Shown: piece by piece, positions 31,592 to 44,186 of the stretch | Layout: each line of letters starts with the position of its first letter | How positions within the stretch are numbered: position 1 is the stretch's first letter | From: Blastocystis sp. Blastoise | Lineage: Eukaryota > Protista > Bigyra: Opalinata | NCBI GenBank assembly: GCA_039096225.1 | Contig: JBBPEB010000002.1 | Location: forward strand, 496,001-560,000 | Direction: 5' to 3' | DNA: 64,000 nt | Notes under the pieces: generated by a model | Database searches by the model: none | What the model was told of the DNA's origin: nothing | What the model saw: only the letters and a program-made list of their open reading frames with translations | Translations under genes and position numbers: made by a program

Positions 31592-32952
31592 ATAAGGTAG
31601 AATGTAATAGAGAAAAATATAGTACATATAATATAAAATATATTAATGAAATATACTGAGATTTATAATTCATATATTGATTAATTAACTTGCTAATAGA
31701 CATACATTTAAAGATTTCTTCCGTATTATCTGAGAAAAAGAGGTTTTATTCGTTTTTAATAGGATATATAGTGTAATAGCATGCTCACATGGTGCATTAA
31801 GGTATTGATAAATCATACAAGAGCAAGTTTACTCTAAATAATTAACATGATACGAACTGTTATTATATCTAATATCACCAATTTTTATACCATTATTCCA
31901 GTTAATAACTTTTGCTTTTACTAATGTTTTTCCTACATCGTTAAGGATAGAATTCTTAATGGAATCATAAAGGATTGATAGAAGGAAATCATTGTTCCAC
32001 CATAATTTAAAGACAATCGAAATTGTTGCTGTTTCTCAACAGAGTAAGAATAGAAAGAAAAAATAAAATCAATAATATTAGATTTTCTAAATTCCTTTAG
32101 TACATTATTTAAGGAGTCTATCGTGAAGCTGGCAATATACCCATATCTTCTTATTGAAGTATTAGCAAACACACAATATACTTCTTTTGGTAGACTTGCA
32201 AGATAGTCCTGACAAGTTTTTTATCAATTCTAAAAATATTGCATTATACTCATCAATATTTGAAGCTAAGCACATGTCTTTAATTAACAAATATGAATTA
32301 TCTCTAAATTTCTTTAAGTTCTGAATCAAATGAAATGGGCAGAATAAATGTGATGATAATGGGAATAGAGAAGAAACAGTATTGATTAAACATTTTTGTC
32401 TATCATTAAAGAAAGTAAACTCTTCATTCTGTAGATTACTAGTACCCAATGATTGCTTAAAATGTGTTTAAAAGGAAGTTCATGTAGCTTAATTTTCACC
32501 TTCATATATGCCAAAAGCAAGTGGAACTACTTTTCGATCAAGGTTTACTGTACATGCAACAATTGAAACAAAATTCGAGTAGTAGAAGAATGTTCCATCC
32601 AAAAATATTAGCTTCTCACTGAGTTTCAATATTGAAAAGTTTCAATTGATGCTCGTGAAGAAGAATAAGAAGTGAGGCTCACCTTTCAATTGAATTGACT
32701 TAAATTTATCCTCCATAGACAAATTTTCAAAGTTATTATAATTAATAAGAGATTCACTACAATCATATGTATTTGCGTAAAATATTTGATAGATCGTTGG
32801 TGTCTAGTTTGCTTCCTTTCTTGATATTCTTCTTCATCATTTACAATTGTATCTTCTTCAGCAAACTCTTTTTCAGAGTTATCAGCATTATTTAAGTTTG
32901 TACTATCTAAAGCATCATCACTAGTATTTGCATTAATTTCGTTTCTTTCCAT
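31150..32952 (-). pseudogene. MULE (Mutator-like) transposase pseudogene with SWIM finger
   Basis: IFLDGTF, VPLAFG, NDRQK.L..LFP...HLFCPFHL and CSC..Y...APCEHAI (~31780-31830) in broken frames; boundaries approximate. Confidence 0.8.
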
Positions 32953-34077
32953 TCTATACCATATCTTGAGAAATTATTATTATTATTAAATAGATCATAG
33001 ACTAGTGTTATAGAAAAATTAATATCCTTAATTTAGCAGCCCAAAAGTACGGTGTCTCATACACTTTTACTATTTATAGCTTTGTTATTAACTTTTATAA
33101 AGTAAAAATAACATCATAAAAATCGGAATACAATTTAGAAAATGGCCATTAAAATATTTTTCAAGAATTCAGAATTTCTGGCTAAAAACAGTAAAAAAAT
33201 ATTTTCACACAAAATTTTAGCCAAAATTATTGGATTATTTTTATTTTATCCAATATTCTTTTTTTTTTAAAACACACAGTTATCATTTTACATTATTATT
33301 GTTTTCTTGTTTTTATCATATCCACTCACATTGTTTATATTTATTTAAAAAAAAATAAATATTTACGGGTTAGTCTTATAAATAGTTTTGACAGGTAAAT
33401 TTGTTTATATTAAGAACTTAACAGCATATTAATACACAGATCACTAACTATAAACTCTAAAGTTGTTTTAAGTTGTCATGATAATGACCTTGACTACTCT
33501 GAAACAGCAATAACTCTTTTAAATAACAACAAAAGACAAACTGATATCCAACACATTCCTTTTAAATAAACTTATTTGAGCTTTAATGCATTTATTTAAC
33601 TCTATATCCGTTATAAATATGTTTTATATTTGTCATATACTTTTTAATAAAGAAATATTTGTTTCTAAAAATTTTAGTGTTTGACACACAATTTTATGAT
33701 CATTAGATCCCTGTCAATATTCAACATAGAATAAAATTTAAAAAATATTTGCAAACAATACAACCTAAATGTCATCTATGTTTCATATTTTTATTTAATA
33801 CTAGCGGGTGGCATCGGCTTCGCCGATGCTATGTGTCTATTAAGTCTGTTTTTGTCAATTATTTCTTTTCGTTAGCTATTAGATTTCTTTTGATAATGAT
33901 AAAGAATTATAAACTAAACAATATAAATTTTAAGAATTAATTATTAACAAATAATAAATAAACAAATAAATCATTGAAAACAGAAAAATAACAAAAGAAT
34001 ATTCATAAAACATAAGAAAAATAAGAAAAATAAGAAAATTGAAAAACATAACAAAAATACGAAAATAAAAAAATAAA

Positions 34078-37000
34078 TTACAATACTCCATTAAATACAC
34101 AATTTTTAGTATGCCATTCATTACTATTTCTGATTAATTGACCTTGATTAATATTATCATTCTTTATAAACATTTTTATACCATGAAAAGAACGTACTCT
34201 ACTTAAAGCAACATATAATTGACCATGACTAAATACAGGTCTTTCTAAATAAATACCTACATTTTGAAATGTTTGACCTTGTGATTTATTAATAGTCATA
34301 GCAAAAGCTAATCTGACAGGAAATTGTTTTCTACTTAACTTACATGGTAAATCACTATCATCTACTATAAATTTAATTCTTGGAATCAATACTATATCTT
34401 GTCCTTCTAACATATTATCAGTTCTTACTAATAATTGACTTCTTATTACATTTGGTTTTGTATCTAATACTACTAATCTCGTTCCATTACATAATCCTCT
34501 CTTTATATCTAAATTTCTTAATAACATAATAACTGAACCTCTTTTCAATTCTAAATCATGAGGTGGACATCCTTGAGGAATTAAACTATTTAAATATTCT
34601 GTACTATAAGCATCTCTTTCATCTATATCTTCTACTTCTTCTGCTAATTCATCATGACTATAATAATGATGAGAACTTGATCTTATCATATTTTGAATTC
34701 TTTCATTAATTAAAAATGCTTGTTCATTTGTTGCACATAATATACAATTTGAAGCTAATTTCTGTCTATATATATCTGTATTTGAATCATTAATAAATTC
34801 ATGAAATATCTCTTCACCTATATTCTCATCACAAATACATTCTCTTGGAATATGTACTTTATCTTTTGATAATAATCTTAATTCATTATTACATCTATCA
34901 CCATTTCCTATCTTCAATAAGAATTCTTTAAATTCTATTTCATTTGCATTTGCTCTCATATTTTCTGTTAATTGAAATTGATTAAATTCATTCCAAATAT
35001 CTAAATATTTAATACATAAAGGAACTATATCAGCTTCTTTTCCATGAGCTACTACTGGTAAACATTGTCTAAAATCTCCACCTAATACTATTGTTTTACC
35101 TGCAAATGGAATATCTATCTCATCATTATATAAGAATCTTAATAATCGATCAACTACTTTTAAAGCATATTTAGAAGCCATAGGAGCTTCATCCCATATT
35201 ATTATTTTACATTTCTTAATTTGTTCTGCTCTTGGAGATCCTCTTGAAATAGAAGAAGAAGAAGATTCATTTAATTCAAAAGGTAATCCAAATTGTGAAT
35301 GAGATGTTTTTCCTCCACATAATAAAGTAGCTGCAATACCTGTCCATGCAACTGCTATCACATCATCTATATTATTTCTTATTGATTTAATTATTGTATT
35401 ATAAAGAAATGTTTTTCCAGTTCCTCCTGGTCCATCTATAAAAAACATATTATTTCTATGAGGTTCATTATTATTCACTGATTCCATTATTGATTCATAT
35501 ACTCTTCTTTGTCCTTCATTCAATAAACTTATATTTCTTTCGGCTATTCTATGATCTTCTTCAAAATTAATTCCTTCAGATTCATAATCTATCATATTAG
35601 TATTATTATCAAATTGTGGTAAATTAGTACTTTGATATCCTCCATTATGTTTATTTGTATCTATGACACTTCTTATATGATTTAATGCTCTAGGTATACA
35701 ATATTCTTCTATTATTCTATTCACTTCATTATCTTCTGAATCTAATACATATGCATCTTGTCTATCTATACTTATATATTCATTTATATATTGATGAAAG
35801 AAATCATCTATCATATCATTCCTATAAGTATTCCAAATAGATAATGGATCAGTAATAGGATAATAAAAACAAAGTAAACCAAATAATTGTCTTAATTGCC
35901 AAGGAGTAGCATCTATTACTTCATTTGCAAGAATATCATAATATTCTGTATCATCTACTAATAATCCTCTTGCTATACAGGATTCTCTATATGTATTATA
36001 TATTTGGCCTTCATAACATTTTAAATCATCAAAACTTAATGGACGACTTACATGTAATAAAAGTATTCTTAAACAAAATAAATTATCATTTGTAGGATCC
36101 ATATAAGGAAGTCTTCCTATTACTTTATTATTTCTTCTTCTATGATTCCATTTCTTTAATTTTGAATCATATGTATAATATTTAGGAAATTCTATATAAG
36201 TTAAAATAGATGGTTCATCCATTGTTCCTCTTGATTCTTCATTTATATATAAATCATTCATTTTAAAATATGCTGTTAACATTGTATCTTGATTCATTAT
36301 TCTATCTAAAGCTCTTTCTTCATCTCCTTCCACATAATATACAGTTCTATCATTCTCATCATGAATATCTAAAGTAATTACACTCACATTACAATATTTT
36401 ATTGGAAATCCATATATTCTCCACATAGCTTCAGGAGCTGATAAATATCTTCCTTTTAAATAAGATTTCATTTCATTTGGTATTTCTATTTCATTTCTAT
36501 TTGAATTATTTGGATTATTACTATTAGCATTATTATTACTATTATCTTCTCTTTCTATTTCTGCATTAATAGAATCATGTCCTTTAAAAGCATATTTAAA
36601 TATATATTTAGGACTTCTTACTGAAGAACATACTTCTACATTAATATGACAACCTATTCTAAATGATAAATATGGATTATATGGAACTACCCATCTATTA
36701 TCTAAAGTATTATTTACATTTGATTGTCTACCTATTACATATACTCTACCATTATCTCTTCTTCTATAATTTGGATATCCATCTTCATTTATTGTAGTTT
36801 CATTTCTATAATCTTTTGGAAATTTCTTTGAACAATATTGTTGACCATTTATTTCTTTCATACATTGAGATGTTCTTGTATGAGGACCATGCATATTCAT
36901 TGAAGTAATAATTTCATATAATCTTGGATTCTTTATAGGATCAGGAATTTCTGCACATATATAGGAATCTATATCTTCAAGAGTTCTTAATTTATATTCA

Positions 37001-39580
37001 TTCTCTAAAGTAATTAAAATATGTGCATGAGGCATTCCTCTCTTCTGACATTCTATAGAATAACATATACATTTTACTTCTCCAAATACTTTAAAATTTG
37101 TTATCAAATGAGTTAAGATTTTCAATTTTATATAAAATACTCTATCTACTATATCAGGTCTCATCCAAGGTTGTTGACCTTCTTCTAATGATTCTAAGAT
37201 TTCTGGTCAATTTGGATTGCAAGTCATGGTTATAAATAAATCTGGTTTACCATAAGCTCTTACAATAGCCATTGTTTCTAAATAGGAATTCTTCATATAT
37301 CGAGGACCACCTACAAAACTTGATGGAATAATAACTGCTTTTCCAATTCTACTTCTTATATATTCATCACTAAATCCATTTCGTATCATCTCATTCACTG
37401 TATCTCTAAATACAGAATATTTCTCTGATCTTAATTTTGTTTGATTATTTGCTATAAATAATAATCTTGAATATTCTATTTTTGTAGCTGCATCAACCAT
37501 AAATTGTAATAATAATTTTTCAAATAATAATAAATAATTCTTATGATTAGGATGTCTTGTATATAATAAATAAGAATAGAATTCTCTTAATGAAATAGTA
37601 GGTATAGTATAAAATTCATTTCCTAAAATATCTAATGGAAATCCTCTTTCTGATCTATTTCTAAAAATTGGAATAATTCTCATCGATTTTGAATCATCTC
37701 CATTACTATCATTATTCTCTGTATGATTACTATTTATTCTATAATTATTTCTATTATTTAATTCATTTTCTACTTCTTCTATTATTTCATTCTCATTATT
37801 ATTATTATTAGTTGAATTTGAAATATTTCTATTATTATTATTATTATTTTGACGATTTAAATGTAATTCAGAATTACGTATAATATTAGAAGTAGATTCT
37901 AAACTCCATAATGGTAATCCATAAGGAAACATTAATGGATATATTAATGGATCACAAAATGGATTATTATAACTAAGATTTGTCATTTGTTGTTCTGATA
38001 TATTTTCATTATTATTTTCATTTTCATTTTCATTATTATTTTCATTATTATCATCATTTCTTCTTCTTCTTCTTGGATAACACGAAAGATTAATATTTGG
38101 TAAACCTTCATCATTTTGTTTTGGTATAATCATAGCTATTTCATTTGTTGTAGTAGGAACATTAAATCTTCTTCTATCATCATAATTACTTATTTTAAAT
38201 TGTAATTTTAAATTTACTTGTGAATAAGTAGTATTATTTATTCTTCTTGATTCTGTTACTTGTTCATGTAATGTTTTAAAAGATTCATATATTTTATTAT
38301 TATTTCTTATCATAGAATCAATACTTAATAATAAATCAGAAGATAATTCTGAAAACATACTATTTCCATTTCGAATATGAAGAGCTTCTTCTTCATCATA
38401 AATATATATTTGATTAAAAGAAGGAGGAGAATTATCAGAAGGATATAAATCACTCATAGAATGATATACATTACCATGAACTCTATAAAAATATGGTCCT
38501 GGACCATTCATTCTTGTTACTACATTAGAACATGACATAGAAGCAAAAGCAAAAGCATTATTATATCTTCTTATCTCATTTCTAAATAATTTATTATTTG
38601 GTGTCTGACTCTTTAATTGATTTAATAATTCATTTGGAAGATTTATAGGTGATTCTACTTTCACTTTCCCATTATTACAACACATTGTATAATTTGAATT
38701 TCTTGTAATGATATAATCATGATCTCCTTCATAATACTCAAAATCTATTCTTGAATTATTAATTAAGTTAATATATTTTTTATATGTAGAATATTTTGTA
38801 ATCTTATAATTTGTTTTTTCTGCTTCAAAATGAAGAGCTTCACAATGAATACAAACATGATTCATTTTACCTATATTATAATATTCATATATATTATTTC
38901 TATGAATATCTCTTTCATTCTCTTCTATTATTTGTTCTCCATTTCCTATACATAATATAATAATAGTTCTATTATCATAAAGAATTATAATAATATAATG
39001 ATATAATATTAAACATACTTAATTTAATACATGCTTCACAGTTTTCAAATCTTATTACAATAGGAATATTGCCATTATTTTCTTCATTATTATTTTCATT
39101 TTGATTATCTATATCTATATCGTTATTATTTGTAGAGTTTATTGGTTCTATTTGCAAAATAGGATTATTAGTAGTATTAGAAAGAATAATAGGTGTGAAA
39201 TCACTATCTGTACTTGAATCATTATCTGAAGTAGAAGAATCAAAATTAATTCTTCTTCTATGATTATTTATTTTTGCTGATAATAAATTATTATTATTAG
39301 GATTTTGAATAGGAGATATTTGATAATAATTTAATATATCTAATATCGATGATCTTGGCAGAGGAGGAATAATAGAATTATTATTATTATTATGAGAAGA
39401 AGAAGAAGAATTAATAATTCTTGAATCAAGAGGAGATAATCTAGGAGGTGTAATAATTCTTCCGTTCTTCGAACTGCAGAAGGGGGTATGCAAACCCCGC
39501 ATAGAGTCTGCGCGACGCGCGCAGCCATAAGCGGGGAAGTCATCCCCCCTTTTTGTTCTCGACGGAAGAATTAATAACAT
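34078..39580 (-). pseudogene. Helitron Rep (HUH)/PIF1-like helicase with one nonsense codon and one intron
   Basis: FITMTCNPN[TGA]PEI, ECQKRGMPHAHIL, YIFKYAFKG, GPGGTGKT, IWDEAPM, GDFRQ, TINKSQGQT, LYVALSR; 73-nt intron 38946-39018 joins ORF 38975-39580 in frame. Confidence 0.92.
39456..39571. mobile_element. 116-bp GC-rich foldback element 2 (inside the Helitron)
   Basis: ATTCTTCCGT...ACGGAAGAAT with inner stems AAGGGGG/CCCCCTT, CCCCGC/GCGGGG, CTGCGCG/CGCGCAG; TAATA on both sides. Confidence 0.75.
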
Positions 39581-40175
39581 TTCTGAAGTAAAATAACCAT
39601 GGGAGTGTAGGGTAGTGTGTGTGTGTATTTATTTTTTCCCATGTTTATTTATTTTTAATTTATTTGTGTTCCGATTCCAACGTGAAACGTAAAGTGATCA
39701 AGGAGAAACTCATAGTAATCATAAAAGAAATAAAATACACAGTCCAACCCTCCCCTTTACAGGGAATATTCATGGGAAATGGCTCCATCGTTGGTAAAGT
39801 GAGTAAAATAATAACGGGAATACAGAAAGAAATACGAAAAGAAGCACAGAATGTGCTAAATAAACACACACCCCGACCCTCCCTTTATATAGAGAAAAGA
39901 TGAAATGGATGGTTCTATCTAAAAAGAAATAATAAAAATAATCACGGGAATATATAAAATAAAAATGTATGTATAGTGATCAATAAATAATATAAAAAGT
40001 CATGATAATCATAAAAAAATTTATATAAAAAGAGTAAAGTGATCAAGGTATGTATTTATAGTGGGTGAAAGAAAAGCTGGTGGTGGTGTGGTCATGTAAA
40101 AAGATGTACCCACCACCACGACTATAACGAGAGACTTTTGGAAACATGAGCGACCGTTATGGAAAAATATAAATT

Positions 40176-40223
40176 TTCGAGAACATTCTATAACATTCTC
40201 GAAACTTCTAGAACATTCGAGAA
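40176..40223. promoter_or_regulatory. Heat-shock-element array upstream of recombinase A
   Basis: TTCgaGAAcaTTCtaTAAcaTTCtcGAAacTTCtaGAAcaTTCgaGAA: alternating nGAAn units. Confidence 0.75.
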
Positions 40224-40299
40224 CATGAGAATCTTAGATATTTTATTTTGATTTTCTTATGTATTATTCTTTTGAAAATAGAAGTTTTAGAGATTCTAC

Positions 40300-41247
40300 T
40301 TGAGAAAATCAATGAAAAATACAAATTATGACAAGTATCTTTTGGTTATACAGAATTCAAATTATTCTGATATTTGGAAAAAACGTTTAACCAATTATTT
40401 CAATTTATATATTTTCCCATTACCATTTAAAAAGTTCTCAGAATTCTTAAAGAATCCTTATTCATTCATGGATTATATGGTAAATGAACGTAAAATCAAA
40501 ATTAGTCCAATGAAATCGTTATGTGAATTGATATTATTTATTATACGTAATGTTTCTTCATTAAATAAAGAATGTATTTTAAATAAATGGTGTGAATTTT
40601 ATGTGATTATCAATTCAATGTATGAAAAATATCTGGATAATAAGAAACGTACTTTAATTCAAGATCTTATTAAAGATGGTATTACGACTCCATATTTACA
40701 TGAATATCACGATAAATTAGAAAATTATAATCCATTACGATTAATATTAGATTTTTACTCCTATCTTCCTCCTGCTCGTGCTGATTATGCTCAATTATTC
40801 ATTCTATCACCAGAAGATACTATTGATCCAGCTATTCATAAGAATTATATTGTTTATGATAAAGAGAAACATACTGGTTCTATTCTATTAAATGATTATA
40901 AAACTGCTGGTAAATACTCTACAATTCAATTAGATGCACCAAAAGAATTGATTGAAGATCTAGAATTACTCTTAAAAAGAAAACCAAATCGTAAATTTAT
41001 ATTTGAATCTTCTGTAAGAACTGGATTTACTACTAAAGCATTTGATTGGTTTGTGAATAAGCATTTAAAACAAATCCATCCAAAATTGACCATTAATGCA
41101 TTAAGAAAATTATATGCTACAACTACAACCAATACATTCCAAGATATAGAAAATTCTGCTTCTGCTTTATGTCATAATGATTATACACATATTAATTCTT
41201 ATGTATCTTTAGAAAATAATAATTTATTTAAAAAATTAATTGAATAA
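40300..41247 (+). CDS. Tyrosine recombinase A
   Basis: PPARADY, DYKTAGKY, INALR, LCH..THINSY; probable start ATG 40312. Confidence 0.87.
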   Translation: MRKSMKNTNYDKYLLVIQNSNYSDIWKKRLTNYFNLYIFPLPFKKFSEFLKNPYSFMDYMVNERKIKISPMKSLCELILFIIRNVSSLNKECILNKWCEFYVIINSMYEKYLDNKKRTLIQDLIKDGITTPYLHEYHDKLENYNPLRLILDFYSYLPPARADYAQLFILSPEDTIDPAIHKNYIVYDKEKHTGSILLNDYKTAGKYSTIQLDAPKELIEDLELLLKRKPNRKFIFESSVRTGFTTKAFDWFVNKHLKQIHPKLTINALRKLYATTTTNTFQDIENSASALCHNDYTHINSYVSLENNNLFKKLIE

Positions 41248-41320
41248 TTTTATGTTTTTATGTTTGTTTTGTTTTAATTTTGAATATAACTAAACAACTA
41301 GTAATAAAAGGATATAAAAA

Positions 41321-41722
41321 TTAATTAAAAGGTAAGAAAGATAAATTATTATTATTATTTTGATATTGATTTTGTTGTTGATTACTTTTCATAGTAGGCA
41401 TAAACATATTATTGGGTTGAATAAGATTTTTATCATCTTGATATTGATTCTCATTCTTCATATATTGTTTATCCAATAGCATTTCAAGACGTTGATGAAT
41501 CACAGGATCATCTATATAAAGTAGCATATTTCTACAATAACTTAGTTGTAAATCACTAAGATTCTTGTTGTTATTGTTATTTAAAAATTGTTCTAATAGA
41601 TTTGCTATTTCATTCTTTTTGGATTTAATTCCTTCTTCTTTTAGATTCTTCATCACACGACAAAAATAAGAATAACTAAGATATTTCTTGTTCATTATTA
41701 AAATTAACCAATGATTAAACAA
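41321..41722 (-). CDS. Conserved hypothetical viral protein
   Basis: Homolog of 3080-3565; start uncertain. Confidence 0.7.
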   Translation of the reverse strand: MFNHWLILIMNKKYLSYSYFCRVMKNLKEEGIKSKKNEIANLLEQFLNNNNNKNLSDLQLSYCRNMLLYIDDPVIHQRLEMLLDKQYMKNENQYQDDKNLIQPNNMFMPTMKSNQQQNQYQNNNNNLSFLPFN

Positions 41723-41790
41723 AACAAATTAATTATATAAAACACTAATATAATAAATTAAAGATTCTACAAATAGAGCCAGTTCAAAAT

Positions 41791-41813
41791 GAATGTTCTA
41801 GAATGTTCTAGAA
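41791..41813. promoter_or_regulatory. Heat-shock-element array upstream of ORF 41321-41722
   Basis: GAAtgTTCtaGAAtgTTCtaGAA. Confidence 0.7.
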
Positions 41814-41817
41814 TGTT

Positions 41818-42438
41818 TTAACAAGGCATAAGATTTCCATTAGAAAGTAAATAAAGTAAAGAATAATAAAAGCAACCATTTGCATTACTTGTAGTTTTTT
41901 GGTGTTGAATAGGATTATATTGAATATTATGATTTTGAATAAATGATTTTGAAAAAGTAGGTTCATTTCCTAATGATGAATAGTGTTCTATGTTTTTATT
42001 ACCATTATAAATAACAGCTTCAAAATGACCATTATAAGGATCACTAGGACTTCCATGAAAGATCATATTAAATTTAGTTTGATCTTGATCTATATTTTGT
42101 TCAAAATCATCATAACTATTATAATAATTATAAGATTGAGAATTCGTTTTATTTAATTGTTTCATAACATTTTCAGCACGATCACAAGCAACAGAAGAGG
42201 TAGGTTTATTTAAATAAGCATAATTATATAATTGAGATATTAAAGAATTTGGTATATTACAATATTGAGATAGAGTTTGTTTGAAATTATCAGGGGATCT
42301 AGGAGTAACATGACGAGTTTTATCAGATATAATAGGATTATCGCAATTCATTGAATTTTGAATTAATTTCTCATCTTTACTCTTTACCAGATCCCCTCCC
42401 CTGAGTTTTTTGATAACATATATTTCTTTTTTTTCCAA
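41818..42438 (-). CDS. Adenain/Ulp1-like cysteine protease (probably made as a -1 frameshift fusion)
   Basis: GHFEAV, YSSLG, NPIQHQ, NGCFYY; ORF starts at TTG and overlaps the upstream gene in the -1 frame. Confidence 0.8.
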   Translation of the reverse strand: MEKKEIYVIKKLRGGDLVKSKDEKLIQNSMNCDNPIISDKTRHVTPRSPDNFKQTLSQYCNIPNSLISQLYNYAYLNKPTSSVACDRAENVMKQLNKTNSQSYNYYNSYDDFEQNIDQDQTKFNMIFHGSPSDPYNGHFEAVIYNGNKNIEHYSSLGNEPTFSKSFIQNHNIQYNPIQHQKTTSNANGCFYYSLLYLLSNGNLMPC

Positions 42439-44111
42439 AACAATTCGTCACCTGCATTTAATGTTTCATTATTATCTCTTTTCTGTTTTATAATTTGTAA
42501 TTGTTTTAAATCAGCCTCTTGTATTTTACGTTTTTTTCGTGCCACTCCTGCAGGTATTATAAAATCTGTATAAAATGATACTAATGGATTCAAATCACCA
42601 CCTCTTTTCTTTTTAGCTTCTTTTCCTCTTCTCATTCGTTCTAAGAATTCTGCTTTACTTAATTTAACTCGACCACCATAACCTCTACGTTTAGCTCTTC
42701 TTGCAGCTATTCGTTTATCCCTTTCATCTTCTTTCCATTTTCTATCGACTTTCTCTTTATCATTTTGAGGGAAACCATAAATCTTATAATAATAACTTTG
42801 TTCATCACGAGACATGGGTTTATAAGGTTGAGGAGGTTGTTGAGTTTGTGGATGTCTTGGTGTATCATTTTGAGGTATATCAAATGTATCAACATTCAAT
42901 TCAGGTTCAATTTCTGGTTGTGGTTGAATGGGTGCTGCTGGAGGAGGTGGTTGACGAACAGGAAGATTCTTTCTAAGTTGTTGTTTCATACTGTGCAAAT
43001 CTCTTAATGGTTGCACTTCTTGATCTAATAATTCTGATTGTCGTTCAACTGTATCGTAACCATCATTAATTGTTCCCATTACTATACCATTACCTATTTG
43101 CTTTTTCATTTCATTTAATGCTTGTTGACGTTTTAATTTTTCCATTTCAAATTCCATATCATTTAATTCACTTGATTGTTGTGCCAAATGTGTATCATAA
43201 TAAGCTTTTCTACCTTTAGCAAAAGAATCCATACCTTTATCAACTACACCTAATAGAGCTGGTGCATAATCCATTAATCCGCTCCAGAATCCACCACCTC
43301 TTTTTACTCTTAATATACCATCACCACTTTGAGCTGAATCTAAATCTATATATTTTGGTATAATAGAGGGTCTTAACATTCTTCTTAATTTTGGATTATT
43401 AATCATTTTCTTATTTTTAATTGCATTCATAATTGCTGAAGCAACAGATATAGGAATCTTTCCACCACGTTTTATTTTATGTTCATAGAATCTTTTGAAT
43501 TCATCATCAAGATCATGATGACCATCACCAACATATTGAGCTAAAATAGCTAATGCATCACGAGCTTTTCTATTAGCTTTTTTATCTACAATAGCATCTC
43601 TTATATCTAATACATTTCGTTGATACATATCTTTTACTTTATTTTTAATTGCATCACCAATACCAGAACCTTGATTATTCTCTAATTTATTGATTTCTGA
43701 TTTATTTGGAATAATTCCTCTACCAGATTTACGTCTTGGTTTACATGGATTTAATACTTTATATTGACGATCTTCACCATCTATTTTATCTTCTTCTGGA
43801 CCAGCTGCTTTCATTATACCTTTACCTGCTGCTCTAGCACGAATTAAAGCACCATTTCCTTGTGGAACAGCATCTTTACCAAATGTTTTAGAACGATCTA
43901 CATAATCATCTTCTTTACCATCATGTATTTCTTTACTTTCTAAAGTAGACACAGGCATAGATGAATTTGGACCTATTTCATGAAATATTGGATTATATTG
44001 ATCCATTTTATGTAATGGTTGTGTATTATATCGCCTATATTCTTTTCCAGTTGAAATTAAATTCATACCAAAAGTACCAGGACTTGGCATTCCTAATATA
44101 CAACTTTGCAT
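42384..44111 (-). CDS. Gly/Lys/Arg-rich putative virion core precursor 1
   Basis: 575 aa; KRGG, RGGGF, GYGG, GSG motifs; ortholog of 4207-5325. Confidence 0.65.
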   Translation of the reverse strand: MQSCILGMPSPGTFGMNLISTGKEYRRYNTQPLHKMDQYNPIFHEIGPNSSMPVSTLESKEIHDGKEDDYVDRSKTFGKDAVPQGNGALIRARAAGKGIMKAAGPEEDKIDGEDRQYKVLNPCKPRRKSGRGIIPNKSEINKLENNQGSGIGDAIKNKVKDMYQRNVLDIRDAIVDKKANRKARDALAILAQYVGDGHHDLDDEFKRFYEHKIKRGGKIPISVASAIMNAIKNKKMINNPKLRRMLRPSIIPKYIDLDSAQSGDGILRVKRGGGFWSGLMDYAPALLGVVDKGMDSFAKGRKAYYDTHLAQQSSELNDMEFEMEKLKRQQALNEMKKQIGNGIVMGTINDGYDTVERQSELLDQEVQPLRDLHSMKQQLRKNLPVRQPPPPAAPIQPQPEIEPELNVDTFDIPQNDTPRHPQTQQPPQPYKPMSRDEQSYYYKIYGFPQNDKEKVDRKWKEDERDKRIAARRAKRRGYGGRVKLSKAEFLERMRRGKEAKKKRGGDLNPLVSFYTDFIIPAGVARKKRKIQEADLKQLQIIKQKRDNNETLNAGDELFWKKKKYMLSKNSGEGIW

Positions 44112-44186
44112 TTTTTTATTTCAATTATAAAATTATTTATAAACAAAACAAATATATTAATAAAAAATAAATTTAACATTAAAAAT

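Larger units (their letters stand above)
33801..39900 (-). mobile_element. Helitron, ~6.1 kb
   Basis: Minus-strand 3' end: hairpin GCATCGGC-GAA-GCCGATGC then CTAG|T at 33801; candidate 5' end A|TCTTTTCTCTATATAAAG at 39900; encloses RepHel gene. Confidence 0.9.

Noticed and set aside
37207-37209. TGA=Trp recoding in the Helitron Rep
   Set aside because: Single case; the ORF track shows many ordinary TGG Trp codons in the same gene. A TGG>TGA point mutation suffices.
34078-39580. RepHel as the replication gene of element 2
   Set aside because: It has its own Helitron termini and A|T target, element 1 has no counterpart, and element 2 has its own primase-helicase.
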